DNA of 64,000 nucleotides from a virus, in IMG/VR virus record IMGVR_UViG_3300035670_000068, positions 32,001-96,000 of that record; one strand, written 5' to 3'. Both the position numbers and the translations under genes were made by a program. Under the pieces are notes generated by a model that worked only from the letters and a program-made list of their open reading frames with translations, was not told where the DNA came from and did not search any database. Shown here piece by piece: positions 17,416 to 26,566 of this stretch (within the stretch, counting starts at the first letter, position 1; the number at the start of each line of letters is the position of its first letter).

Positions 17416-17798
17416 CAGTCGTGATCCGCAGTCACCGCAGCGTACAGAATCCCTTCTGCGGTCTTCTTGGCCTCTTCCAGCTTGGCTTGCATCCGCGCAA
17501 CCATCTGCCTGTGAGCAGCCTCTGCATCTGACCAGACTGACGTTCTGAATACCGGCTCGAAGTGGCTCGGTTTCAACCTGCCTTCTTCGTGCATGAACAC
17601 CATAGTCTCGAAGAACAGAGGCTCCTGACCAAACCTATGGGACAGGTCGTAGCCCATGAACACAGTGCTGACCCATACATTCTCTATCATGGTCTCAGCG
17701 ACTCGCCGCTCTTCGCTTTGCATGAACAGCACCCATTCCTCTACGGATTCGCAGAGAACCGGCGCCTTGTCCTTGAGAATGTATCGGCCAAATCTCAC
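17415..17798 (-). CDS. Hypothetical phage protein
   Basis: VSTVFMG..H...PLFFETMVF motif; GTG start overlaps the upstream stop. Confidence 0.65.
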   Translation of the reverse strand: MRFGRYILKDKAPVLCESVEEWVLFMQSEERRVAETMIENVWVSTVFMGYDLSHRFGQEPLFFETMVFMHEEGRLKPSHFEPVFRTSVWSDAEAAHRQMVARMQAKLEEAKKTAEGILYAAVTADHD

Positions 17799-18331
17799 TG
17801 CTTCACACCTTCTACCCACCAGTCGATGCTGGAGAACTCATTGGCGTACAGAACAATGTCGTTGTTCGGCATGATCTGCGCCACCTGGAAGCCATCGGTC
17901 AGCCCCAGACCGAATTTTTCTGGCTTGTTGCTTGAGCCAGAGGATATCACCTGCAGCTCACCCGGCTTAAACCCGTTGTTCTCGATGCGCTCGAAGGCCG
18001 CATACTTGAACTTCGGCATCGCAATGAACGGGCAGACCTGGACAGCGTACTCGGCACATTCCTTGTGCATGGGCAGATCAGCGAACAGTCGGTTGGAAAT
18101 ACTGATCGGGCCGCCAACGAAAGCCATTTGACCATCAAGCCTTTGACCGCAAATGCCGCACTTGTGGTTTTTGACCGCATCCACCCACTTGAGCTGATCG
18201 ATCACCCGGAAGTCAGGCTTGCCGTTGACCCACTGAACAGTGTGCGGGATCGGATAACCCCGCTCGTCCTTCTGCAGATCAGCCACGCGAGCAGGCGTTT
18301 CAACCAGGTTCAGGTCTTTCCAGGTTTTCAT
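17795..18331 (-). CDS. Hypothetical protein with a Zn-binding motif
   Basis: CGICG...MHKECA...CPF. Confidence 0.7.
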   Translation of the reverse strand: MKTWKDLNLVETPARVADLQKDERGYPIPHTVQWVNGKPDFRVIDQLKWVDAVKNHKCGICGQRLDGQMAFVGGPISISNRLFADLPMHKECAEYAVQVCPFIAMPKFKYAAFERIENNGFKPGELQVISSGSSNKPEKFGLGLTDGFQVAQIMPNNDIVLYANEFSSIDWWVEGVKQ

Positions 18332-18525
18332 GCTTCAAACCACTCGATCACGGACCAGTCGTAGCTCAGCTCAGAGCCATCCGGGAGGCGCCAGTTGCAG
18401 TCGCTTTCATCGACGGCGACCAGTTCGTGCTCCTGGACGTTCTTGGAGCTGCAGTGCTCAATTCGGCACAACACCTGAGAGCCCGGCTTCGGCTGTTTCT
18501 CAAGAGCCTTGACCCAGCCCATCAC
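18328..18525 (-). CDS. Small phage protein (DUF551-like)
   Basis: WVKALEKQP..G..VL...VIEW pattern. Confidence 0.55.
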   Translation of the reverse strand: MMGWVKALEKQPKPGSQVLCRIEHCSSKNVQEHELVAVDESDCNWRLPDGSELSYDWSVIEWFEA

Positions 18526-18992
18526 ATGAACCTCGCAAGCATCGGCTGTACCTTGCCGAACTTCTCTTTCTCGTAGCCTTCCTGCCAGGGCAGTTTGCCT
18601 TTGGTGTCAGGCCACACCCACTGCACAAACTCGGGCTTCTTCCAACCCATGTCCTCTGCGAAGGCGAAGGCTTGAACCGCATAGTCGTCAGCTCGACCGC
18701 TCTCGACGTTGACCACGCTCATGGGCATGTTGAACCAGTCGTCTTCCGGGCTGAGCACACCAGGGCCGCCACAGCGAGTCTTCTGGTTGACGATCTCGTC
18801 GTAGTAGCGATTCAGGTACGGAGCCACCATTCGCATATCCAGGCCGAACACGATGACTTCCGGGAGTCCGTGCGCAGCGAAGCCGATGGTGTAGGTAAAT
18901 GGCGGCGACTTCTCGTCACCGAAGATGCCGAACAGGTGCAGGCCGCAGCGGTCGACGTTCTGCTTGATATCGCCGTAGTAGGGGGAAATCAT
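18522..18992 (-). CDS. DUF4262-like protein
   Basis: FTYTIG...GLPEVIVFGL...QWVWPD..G.LPW. Confidence 0.7.
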   Translation of the reverse strand: MISPYYGDIKQNVDRCGLHLFGIFGDEKSPPFTYTIGFAAHGLPEVIVFGLDMRMVAPYLNRYYDEIVNQKTRCGGPGVLSPEDDWFNMPMSVVNVESGRADDYAVQAFAFAEDMGWKKPEFVQWVWPDTKGKLPWQEGYEKEKFGKVQPMLARFM

Positions 18993-19062
18993 TTTAGGTT
19001 CTCGCTTTCGATTAACTATGCGCTTAGTTTATCGAAGCGCATCTGGCAAGTGCTGGGCTTTG

Positions 19063-19455
19063 TCAGGGGAAGTAGCTTATTGCCGCGTGAGCAGAGTATT
19101 TCTGGAGGGTGGCGTCGTGGGTCAGCAGGATCATGCCTTCGATCTGAGCCTGGCCAATCAGAGCGCGGTCGAAGGGATCGCCGTGAATGTGAGGAAGGCT
19201 GGAGGCAGCGATAGCGTGATCGGAGCTCATGGCGAGCTCCAGGTAGCCGGCACCAACGAGAGCCGTCCTGATCACCCCAGGGTCGTACATGAAGGCGATC
19301 TTGTTGAGCGCTCGTTTGATGCCGATCTCCCAGATGCTCATGGAGCTGAAATACAGCTCGCCGGGACCGTTGATGATCTGAGGCACGCCGTTCGGAAGAG
19401 CTCCTGGACATACGCAGGCCCAGAGCAGCAGGTGAGTGTCGAGAAGGTACTTCAT
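19063..19455 (-). CDS. vapC: PIN-domain toxin VapC
   Basis: YLLDTHLLLW, SIWEIGIK, HGDPFDRALIGQA. Confidence 0.92.
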   Translation of the reverse strand: MKYLLDTHLLLWACVCPGALPNGVPQIINGPGELYFSSMSIWEIGIKRALNKIAFMYDPGVIRTALVGAGYLELAMSSDHAIAASSLPHIHGDPFDRALIGQAQIEGMILLTHDATLQKYSAHAAISYFP

Positions 19456-19694
19456 AGACCGAACATTTCCTCGATCTCCTTCTGGAACGGCGTGTCGATA
19501 TCATCAGGCACAGGTGGGTAAACCCCAACCAGCATACCCATGCGGCTCTTCTTCTCGGGCTCGTAAGCGACAACCTTGACCATAGGCTTGCCGGCTTTAG
19601 CGATGACGTACTCGCAGCCGCCGCTGACCACCTTCTCGATGACTTTGGACAGGTTTGTCTTGGCGTCGTGGATGTTCATGGTTTCGGTCTTCAT
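19452..19694 (-). CDS. Phd/YefM-family antitoxin
   Basis: NIHDAKTNLSKVIEKV...IAKAGKPMVKVV; overlaps the toxin start. Confidence 0.9.
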   Translation of the reverse strand: MKTETMNIHDAKTNLSKVIEKVVSGGCEYVIAKAGKPMVKVVAYEPEKKSRMGMLVGVYPPVPDDIDTPFQKEIEEMFGL

Positions 19695-19710
19695 GATGAC
19701 CTCCGCTTGT

Positions 19711-19736
19711 GATTAGCTAAATCAGTCTAGCTAATC
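19711..19736. promoter_or_regulatory. Inverted repeat, probable TA autoregulatory operator
   Basis: GATTAGCTA-N8-TAGCTAATC just upstream of the antitoxin RBS. Confidence 0.55.
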
Positions 19737-19790
19737 CATCGCGGCGCGTGAACAGCGTTTCGTCGCAAGAAAAAGCCACCCGTAGGTGGC

Positions 19791-20090
19791 TTATTTGAAC
19801 ACTCGACTGACCGCAGCGTCTGCCGTGATCTCCATCAAGGCCTTGAAACCTGTAAAGACCCCGTTTCGGTGCAGAATCTGGTCGTACATGCCTTCGCTAT
19901 CCCGGTACACAACCGGCGTGTTCGTCAGATCGAAAGCCTCATGAGCTACAGCGATCACATCCTCTGCATCGTTGGTCACGCTCATGGCGCCGCGATTCAG
20001 ATCGACGATGATCAAGCAGCGGCCTTGATCGGTTTCCGCCAGTGTCCAGGTCCACTCAGACCGAGTTTTTCTTGGGCTTTTCAATGCCAA
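19791..20090 (-). CDS. Hypothetical protein
   Basis: SVTNDAEDVI..VVYRDSEGMYD; start uncertain; followed by a terminator at 19771-19791. Confidence 0.6.
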   Translation of the reverse strand: MALKSPRKTRSEWTWTLAETDQGRCLIIVDLNRGAMSVTNDAEDVIAVAHEAFDLTNTPVVYRDSEGMYDQILHRNGVFTGFKALMEITADAAVSRVFK

Positions 20091-20466
20091 TATCCTCTGG
20101 CTCGATGATCAGGTCGTGGAAGGGCTTGAAGTCTTCCGGGTTGTAAACGTGCATTCGCCGCATGACCTGCATCAGTTGGTTCTCGACGCCCAGCTTCTGC
20201 ATCATGATCAGCGAGCCGGCGCATTGCTTCTCGTTGCCGCTCTGTTCGTAGACCTCGTTGCCGTCTTCGTCTTCCGTCCAGGTGCCACCAGTCTTTCGGT
20301 TGTGGACCGTCTTGTGACAGGAGAAGCTGGTCGCTTCCCCCGTCAGCAGGTCTTTGACGATACCCGGAACCCGCTCGGGGTGAAGATCGATAGCCTTGCT
20401 CTTGTCCTTGAGGAACGGGCAGTTGGCACACGGCTTCTTGAGCGAGTAGGGGTTCCATTTAGCCAT
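20056..20466 (-). CDS. Cys/His-rich hypothetical protein
   Basis: PCANCPF...FSCHKT...QCAG. Confidence 0.7.
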   Translation of the reverse strand: MAKWNPYSLKKPCANCPFLKDKSKAIDLHPERVPGIVKDLLTGEATSFSCHKTVHNRKTGGTWTEDEDGNEVYEQSGNEKQCAGSLIMMQKLGVENQLMQVMRRMHVYNPEDFKPFHDLIIEPEDIGIEKPKKNSV

Positions 20467-20773
20467 GATCTTCGGCCTTGATCGTGTGAGATTCAGGGAT
20501 TGGACCGCGAGCAAACTCCCAGCGAGCAACCGGCTGACTTGGCCGCTCAATGCTGTCCAGCCAGTCCTCGACGTAGCCTAATTTCTTGCCGATGAAGTGG
20601 AACATCTGAGCGTCTTTGACGGTCATCCAGCGGAAGAAATTGAGCGGCGAGCCCCCGTAGGTGCTGCGGGTCATCACTGTATCAGACTGACCAACGTACT
20701 CGATCTCCATATAGCGGACCCAATCGTCCCCCCTGATCACGTCGTCTCGTTCAAGGATGCCGATGCTGATCAT
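20459..20773 (-). CDS. Hypothetical protein
   Basis: Coupled ORF. Confidence 0.6.
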   Translation of the reverse strand: MISIGILERDDVIRGDDWVRYMEIEYVGQSDTVMTRSTYGGSPLNFFRWMTVKDAQMFHFIGKKLGYVEDWLDSIERPSQPVARWEFARGPIPESHTIKAEDHG

Positions 20774-21180
20774 ACGCGGCCACCCTTGATATCGCCGCTC
20801 ACAGTTCTGACATTGCCGGCGATGTTCCCACCAGCCTGCACGTCACCGCTCACGGTCTGTACGTCACCGAAGCAGCTCTGGTTCACGCGCACATCGCCGC
20901 TGGTGGTCTTGATATCGCCCACGTCACCCGCAACAGCGACGTAGCCGCTGACCGTGTTCAGGGAGTTGAGCGATCCAGTGACCTCGATGTTGATCGGCCC
21001 GATGTTGCAGAGGCTGTCGATCACGGTCTTGCCGTCGATGATCACGCTGTTGCCGACCACCAGATCACCACCAACGTAGGTGCCGCTGATGTTCACGCCT
21101 TTGATCTCGATCTTGGCTTTGGTGGAGCCGCACAACGATCGGTTAATTTTCGCGAGCAAGCTCTTGAGACGGTTTTCCAT
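20770..21180 (-). CDS. Beta-helix repeat protein (DUF4097/adhesin-like)
   Basis: Repeated (V/I)xTxSGDV units. Confidence 0.7.
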   Translation of the reverse strand: MENRLKSLLAKINRSLCGSTKAKIEIKGVNISGTYVGGDLVVGNSVIIDGKTVIDSLCNIGPINIEVTGSLNSLNTVSGYVAVAGDVGDIKTTSGDVRVNQSCFGDVQTVSGDVQAGGNIAGNVRTVSGDIKGGRV

Positions 21181-21273
21181 TTTCAGTTTCCGATTAGTTA
21201 CTCGGCATGTAAACGCATGGGTAGAACGTAAGTCACCCGTTAGTGAGCGTTTCGGACAAACTAAGGCTAGGCC

Positions 21274-21789
21274 TCAGTCGATGATCTCCGCGATCTCGGA
21301 GAGCTCCGGGTGCTTCGAAAGACGGGGGACAATCAAGTCCAGTTCCTCTTCCGTCAGATCACGGCAGCCCTCACCTTCCCCTTTCGTGATCATGAAGCGC
21401 ACACGGCCGGCGAGCATATCCAGCAGACCGTGATACTGGTCGTGGATGTAGTCGCGCAGAGGGTGGTCAGGCTTCTTCTCAGCCAGCTCCATCGAGATCA
21501 TGGAGAGGGTCATGAGCCAGATTCCGTAGCTCACAGCTTCCATGCTGCAGGTGACGTAGTTGCCGTTGAAGGTGATCGGCTCGACTTCGGTGCTGTCCGG
21601 GAAGACCATGCACACAGCGCCATTCGGATACTTGCGGAACTCCCACATACCGCCCTTGTACTTCTCGCCGCACATCTTGGTCATGAAGTGGTAGGGGTAG
21701 GTGTCCAGAGGAACCGCTATGTCCTCGTAGTGAGTCAGCAGCGGGTTCGACTCATGCGGAAGAACGTCATACGGCTGGATGGTGCTCAT
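21274..21789 (-). CDS. ArdB/KlcA-family antirestriction protein
   Basis: YKGGMWEF...NGA.CMVFP...NGNY...SMEAVS..I..MTLS...YHGL...HPE..EI..IID matches the Antirestrict family pattern. Confidence 0.8.
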   Translation of the reverse strand: MSTIQPYDVLPHESNPLLTHYEDIAVPLDTYPYHFMTKMCGEKYKGGMWEFRKYPNGAVCMVFPDSTEVEPITFNGNYVTCSMEAVSYGIWLMTLSMISMELAEKKPDHPLRDYIHDQYHGLLDMLAGRVRFMITKGEGEGCRDLTEEELDLIVPRLSKHPELSEIAEIID

Positions 21790-21864
21790 TGATCTCTCCT
21801 TGTGATTTTGTTTCTGAGCGTATTGTCTCGCGCTCAGCGCGGCAGCGATACGCTGTCCTTGCGG

Positions 21865-22119
21865 CTACCGTCTTGCGATCCAGCCTACCGGCTCGCTGTC
21901 ACGGTCTTCGAGTCGGTCGAACTCGCTGTGAGCGAGCTCCACATTGTCGAAGCAGAACCTGTTGGCGTAACCGCAGTAGTCAACGTCGGTCACAATAGCG
22001 GTGGTGAACATCAGCTTGATCATGGCCACATAGGTTCCGTCTTCGAGCTGACGCCACCTGAAATACCCGTTGGACGGGTTCTCAAGCTGCCTCTCGATCT
22101 CCGGGACTCGATCAGCCAT
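21865..22119 (-). CDS. Hypothetical protein
   Basis: Coupled ORF. Confidence 0.6.
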   Translation of the reverse strand: MADRVPEIERQLENPSNGYFRWRQLEDGTYVAMIKLMFTTAIVTDVDYCGYANRFCFDNVELAHSEFDRLEDRDSEPVGWIARR

Positions 22120-22501
22120 CGCACTTGCCCGTCTGGAGCCTGTTCAGGAACTTCTGAGAGATAGGCGTTGCAAAGCTCTCGAAGGAGGAAAGGGTGAGCT
22201 TCGTGCCGCCATCACCCTCGGCTCTGCCTCGAATCAAATCAGTCGCTTGGCCGCCTGCAGAGAGTGGGGAGTTGGCGATGAAGCGAATCTCGAAAGACTG
22301 GCTGTAGCCGTCGAACCGGCTATCCAGGCGCCAGTTGAAGCCGCAGTAAGGGTAGGCATTCAGATTGTCGTAGACCTGCTGAGCAGGCATATCGACAGTC
22401 ACAACCTTGTAGGGCTCGCGATGCTCCAAAGGAGCGCCGGCGCAACCGGCTAGAACAGCCCCAACCACAGCAAATCCAAACAGTCGCGCCAGCACCATCA
22501 A
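22112..22501 (-). CDS. Lipoprotein
   Basis: Lipobox LAGC. Confidence 0.7.
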   Translation of the reverse strand: MMVLARLFGFAVVGAVLAGCAGAPLEHREPYKVVTVDMPAQQVYDNLNAYPYCGFNWRLDSRFDGYSQSFEIRFIANSPLSAGGQATDLIRGRAEGDGGTKLTLSSFESFATPISQKFLNRLQTGKCDG

Positions 22502-22818
22502 TTGATCTCCGATCTTTCAAGCAAAACGGCATTGCCGACGATCATATCATCGATGGGTAGAGCCCCCATAAGCGTGACCATCGACGTGGCCACCATGTTC
22601 AGAGGCAGCTTCATGAGCTTGCCTTCCTCGTTGCAGGCCAGGTAGGCGTACTCGACACCGGCGATCTTCAAAGGCTGGGCGAACGTCACAAGCTCCACCC
22701 AGCCACCGAAGAACTCGCGCAGCTTTTCCATGTTGATTAAGCCTTCCTCGAACCAGCCACCCGGAGAGCTCTGGTCGATCATGAAGGCGTTGCCGTTATG
22801 CGGGATTGCAAGCGCCAT
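22498..22818 (-). CDS. DUF3846-like protein
   Basis: GGWVELV...CNEEGKL..LPLN..A...IVGNAVL. Confidence 0.7.
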   Translation of the reverse strand: MALAIPHNGNAFMIDQSSPGGWFEEGLINMEKLREFFGGWVELVTFAQPLKIAGVEYAYLACNEEGKLMKLPLNMVATSMVTLMGALPIDDMIVGNAVLLERSEIN

Positions 22819-22990
22819 AAGTCACCCCACCATCCTTTGCGCCGATCACGTTCTTACGGAACACCGAGCGCTGTCCTTCGTCGAGCGGCCAGTCGATCTC
22901 ATGACCACAGCCAGTACACATCTTCTTGTCTTCACCGTGCAGCAGCACCAGCTCGGAGCACTTGCACTTAGGGCAAACCTTCGTCGTCAT
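22796..22990 (-). CDS. Zn-ribbon protein
   Basis: CPKC...CTGC. Confidence 0.6.
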   Translation of the reverse strand: MTTKVCPKCKCSELVLLHGEDKKMCTGCGHEIDWPLDEGQRSVFRKNVIGAKDGGVTYGACNPA

Positions 22991-23145
22991 CCCCATGTCC
23001 CATACTTGCTTTTGACTTCAAACTCTTCGAGCTCGGCGATGCCGTCCTCGATCTCCTGCAGTTCGTTGGCCCTGGCCTGCAGAACGCCGGCGAGCTCGGT
23101 CAGAACGAACTTGCGCAGCCGCTCTTCGAACGGCGGAAGGCTCAC
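22987..23145 (-). CDS. 52-aa coiled-coil protein ending YGTWG
   Basis: Manual: MSLPPFEERLRKFVLTELAGVLQARANELQEIEDGIAELEEFEVKSKYGTWG*; fills the operon gap with GTGA/ATGA overlaps. Confidence 0.7.
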   Translation of the reverse strand: MSLPPFEERLRKFVLTELAGVLQARANELQEIEDGIAELEEFEVKSKYGTWG

Positions 23146-23354
23146 AGCTCACCTCGCAGCTTGCGAATCCGAGCGACGTTGCGAGCGATGGCATCGATCA
23201 TCACCTGCTCACGCTCCTTGAAGCGATCCAGCGGAAGACCCTGCTTCTCTGCGTCGGCGGTTTGTTCACGCGCAGCCTTGAGGCCCATGCCCAGGACGCC
23301 GCACTTGACGCTCAGAACGAACGCCAGCGGCCAGGTAACAAGGCGGCGCATCAC
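23142..23354 (-). CDS. Hypothetical protein
   Basis: Coupled ORF. Confidence 0.55.
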   Translation of the reverse strand: MMRRLVTWPLAFVLSVKCGVLGMGLKAAREQTADAEKQGLPLDRFKEREQVMIDAIARNVARIRKLRGEL

Positions 23355-23749
23355 TGCGCCGCCAGGCTTACGGAGATCGACCAGGTGTCGCCCTGGAGCA
23401 GCAGCTGCTTGGTGTCCAGGTCTACACCGCCGCAGTCATGACCGAACGAAGCAACGACCGTGTGGTTGTCGCCGCTCTTCGAGAAACTGAGGTGAGTCAG
23501 CTCGATCACGGTGCCGGCGTCGAAGTCACCCAGGAAGGGCTGAACGCCTTTCTCTCGGCTCAGCTCTTCGACCAGGCTCAGCGCCTCGATATCGGAGAAC
23601 TTGAAGGTCTGCTTGTTGCCTGCCTCGTTGGGCACGAACAGCTTCTGGAAGGCTTCCTTCTCAGCAGTCCGGCCCTTGAAGATGATCTTGCCGCTGATCT
23701 CAGCAGGCCGGCTCTGGGTCGCAACCCGGAGTTGTCGTTTCTGTCGCAT
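23351..23749 (-). CDS. Hypothetical protein
   Basis: AGGAG RBS before MRQKR. Confidence 0.65.
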   Translation of the reverse strand: MRQKRQLRVATQSRPAEISGKIIFKGRTAEKEAFQKLFVPNEAGNKQTFKFSDIEALSLVEELSREKGVQPFLGDFDAGTVIELTHLSFSKSGDNHTVVASFGHDCGGVDLDTKQLLLQGDTWSISVSLAAQ

Positions 23750-23757
23750 ATTGGCTC

Positions 23758-24039
23758 CTATGACCATGTTCCAAATTCTTGAGGTCTACTGACCTTCTTG
23801 ACTTGCTTCGGCCTCGATTCGAGGTCGCTGTTCTCAGCCAGGCTGTCGTATTCGTCCAGCGCCATCAGATCGACCTCCTTAGCCTTCTCCATCATCGTCT
23901 TGAAGGCCTCGATGGCTTTCTTCTCCTGCATGGCTTTCATGACAGCCTCATAGGCTTCCTTCTCCACTCCGAGCTTTTCGATGGAATCGATCAGCTCGGG
24001 CATACTGGAGAAAATGCTTTTGCCTTTCCCTCGCATCAC
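23758..24039 (-). CDS. Hypothetical protein, C-terminal FGTWS
   Basis: Coupled ORF. Confidence 0.7.
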   Translation of the reverse strand: MMRGKGKSIFSSMPELIDSIEKLGVEKEAYEAVMKAMQEKKAIEAFKTMMEKAKEVDLMALDEYDSLAENSDLESRPKQVKKVSRPQEFGTWS

Positions 24040-24425
24040 GCAGCCTTCGGAAGCTGACCGCTCTCTTCCAGGAACTCGACGATCACCTGGATCGCTTTGT
24101 CCGTGAACGGAGTCGAGCGCTGATCGACTTCAACAGCCCAGGCACCGCAGCGAGAAAGGTTGCGTGCGTCATCGAGCGCTTCGGTCAGAGTGTTGAACTT
24201 CACCACGTCGAAGCGGACACCCGGCTGCTGCTCGTCTCGGCTGACGCGATACCAGGTGTTCTTGAGCTTGCCGTCCACCGTGCGGATGTACAGGATGCCC
24301 TGGTCATCCGGGTTGACGGTGCTGACAACGTGCGCGACGAAAGAGCCGTACAGCTTGTTCGTCGGGTCAAACTGGAGCGGTTTCGGGTCGCTCACACCAT
24401 CGATCATCACTACCATCTGTTTCAC
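24036..24425 (-). CDS. Hypothetical protein
   Basis: GAGG RBS; operator-like site at 24462-24479 upstream. Confidence 0.65.
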   Translation of the reverse strand: MKQMVVMIDGVSDPKPLQFDPTNKLYGSFVAHVVSTVNPDDQGILYIRTVDGKLKNTWYRVSRDEQQPGVRFDVVKFNTLTEALDDARNLSRCGAWAVEVDQRSTPFTDKAIQVIVEFLEESGQLPKAA

Positions 24426-24484
24426 CTCGTTGCTTTGTTTGTTCTGTTCACAGCATACAGCTAACTAAGCGGTTAGTCATTCTG

Positions 24485-25126
24485 TCAGCTAAAAGACCCG
24501 AACCCTGGAACGCTGCTGGGAACGCTCTCTGAGCGCGTTTCTGTCTGAGCGCTACGCTTGCGCGTAATCGACTGGAGAACGTCACTAGCGAGCGTTTTGC
24601 GCGCTTCCCGACGCTGTTCCTGATCGACTTCTGCAGACTCGCGAACGTATCTGTCGCCGTTGTCCAACCAGGACAGATTGATCGACCATTCAAACTGGCT
24701 TCGCCACTCCCAGCGATTCATTTCGACCTCTGCATAGGCTTCTGCCATGTGCAGCGGCCAATTGTTGACCTTCGCCATGTGCTTGAGCGTGGGTTCCAGG
24801 AAGCCCATGCGCGCAGCGTTGCCGATATGCTTAACCCGGTGGCAGCTCGGGCAAAGGCTGATCAGCCCGGTCAGGGTCTGGACCTTTTTGTCGTCGTCGT
24901 AGTGCCAGATTTCATGGCACTCGACAGGGTGCTTCTTCCCTACCCCGCCGCAGATTTCACAGCGATGACCGGCGTAGACAAAACAGGCTTTCTTGAGCAG
25001 ACCCCACTGACTCTCTGTGATCCTGGCCCGCACGTTGTCGAACCACTGACCGAACGGGACCAGCTCGATGGTCAGCCTGGGCGGATCGAAGGGTTCGAAT
25101 GGGTTTTCAGCGATCATATTTGTCAT
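24485..25126 (-). CDS. HNH endonuclease-like protein, C-terminal FGSFS
   Basis: CEICG...ECHEIW...LCPSCHRVKH. Confidence 0.75.
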   Translation of the reverse strand: MTNMIAENPFEPFDPPRLTIELVPFGQWFDNVRARITESQWGLLKKACFVYAGHRCEICGGVGKKHPVECHEIWHYDDDKKVQTLTGLISLCPSCHRVKHIGNAARMGFLEPTLKHMAKVNNWPLHMAEAYAEVEMNRWEWRSQFEWSINLSWLDNGDRYVRESAEVDQEQRREARKTLASDVLQSITRKRSAQTETRSESVPSSVPGFGSFS

Positions 25127-25376
25127 ACCAGCTCTTGTTGCAGAAGCCGCCGATGTGACCCTCTTCGTTCATTCGAGGGATGATTCCACCTGCAGGGTTG
25201 CCGACGTACTGACAGCCCGTCTTTGCGTCGGTGAACAGCATCAGACCACTGCGGCCGTTCTCCGGGTCAGTGTCGTCTTTGTCCTTGAAGTAGCCATGAA
25301 GGCTGGAAACTACGATGGCGATGATCACCAGCCTGATCAGGTCTTTCTTCACCTGTTTGTAGACTTCCATAGCCAC
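25107..25376 (-). CDS. Membrane-anchored hypothetical protein
   Basis: TM helix, then DAKTGCQY...PR. Confidence 0.65.
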   Translation of the reverse strand: MAMEVYKQVKKDLIRLVIIAIVVSSLHGYFKDKDDTDPENGRSGLMLFTDAKTGCQYVGNPAGGIIPRMNEEGHIGGFCNKSWYDKYDR

Positions 25377-25379
25377 CTC

Positions 25380-25616
25380 TTACGACCAGGAGCCTACAAC
25401 TTCGGATTCGGTCTTCACGGCCTCTTCCTCTGCTGGCTTGTCTTCGATCAGAGCCAGCACATGCACCCGCCCGGCGATGTAATGCCAGTCGTGCTTGTAG
25501 CCGGTTCGCTTGGTTTCGGCAGCACAGTAGTCTTCTGCCTCCTGCTTGGACATGGCGAAGAGACCCATGCTCTTGCCCCGATCAAACACTTCCTGGTCAC
25601 ACTTTTCGGTACTCAT
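25380..25616 (-). CDS. Hypothetical protein, C-terminal VGSWS
   Basis: GGAG RBS. Confidence 0.7.
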   Translation of the reverse strand: MSTEKCDQEVFDRGKSMGLFAMSKQEAEDYCAAETKRTGYKHDWHYIAGRVHVLALIEDKPAEEEAVKTESEVVGSWS

Positions 25617-25673
25617 TTCTGTTCTCCAAATGCCATGAAGCCTGCTTTCGCAGGCTTCGGGCTCTTCCGTTGA

Positions 25674-26441
25674 TTAGGCGGACAGCATCGGCAGCAGCAG
25701 ACTGTCCGGGTTGGCGACGAGCTTCCCACCGTCCTTGCGGGCGAGCTCCAGGACTTGCAGCACCTTCATCAGCTGGGTGCATTGCGAGTTGGCAGTGCCG
25801 ACGCTGTACGGGCGAGCGATGTAGGCGTCACGCAGAGCCTTCGATGTGATCTCGCCTTGCTTGACGAGAATGTCCACCGCGATCTTGGTGTAGTTCGACA
25901 GCGAGGCGCCGTTGCTCAGGTGGGCGTAGAAGTTCACGACCTTCTCCTGAATCTTGATCGGCAGCGCATCGATCTCACCGAGCTTGGCGTCGATGACGGC
26001 TTTCAGATCGTCAGCCGGCAGCTCAGCGTTCTGCATCGTCAGAGCCAGGTAGTCGTTGAGCTTCGCGCCCAGCGCTTTCGACAGCGCTTCGGACTTCTTC
26101 ACACCGGCGACGGTGATGCGCTTGGTGGACGGAGCAGTGCGCTTGGGCTTGGTCGGCTCGATGCTGCCGGTAGCGATGCCTGCAGCGTCATCGACGGGCT
26201 CACCCACTTCGTCCATTTCAGCCAGCGCTTCGTTGCGGGCTTCTTCGATGCTGGCCTGGATGCCAACTTCTTCCAGCTCGTCGTCGCTCAGCTCGGCAAC
26301 GGGCTCTTCGATCACCAGTTCACCGGAGCCATCAGCTTCCAGTTCTTCGAACATGGCTTCCAGCTCGTCCAGTTGATCGAGCGGATCAACGGCAGCGGTG
26401 GTGGTAACAACTTCTTCTTGAACTTTCAGAGCAGCTTCCAT
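25674..26441 (-). CDS. Hypothetical protein, acidic N-terminus and possible winged-helix C-terminus
   Basis: GAGG RBS; strong codon bias. Confidence 0.75.
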   Translation of the reverse strand: MEAALKVQEEVVTTTAAVDPLDQLDELEAMFEELEADGSGELVIEEPVAELSDDELEEVGIQASIEEARNEALAEMDEVGEPVDDAAGIATGSIEPTKPKRTAPSTKRITVAGVKKSEALSKALGAKLNDYLALTMQNAELPADDLKAVIDAKLGEIDALPIKIQEKVVNFYAHLSNGASLSNYTKIAVDILVKQGEITSKALRDAYIARPYSVGTANSQCTQLMKVLQVLELARKDGGKLVANPDSLLLPMLSA

Positions 26442-26566
26442 CTTGAGACACCTCGTATTGGTTTAAGCGTTCTGCGCTTCTTTTGTGTCGCGCTTCAACA
26501 GTTCAAATACTAAAGATCATCCTGCGGCTGATATATAGCGCCGAAAGGAAGCCCGTAGGATTGCCG

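Noticed and set aside
24485-25126. Mobile intron or intein homing endonuclease
   Set aside because: It is a free-standing gene in an operon, and nrdA, thyA, dnaE and recA appear uninterrupted.
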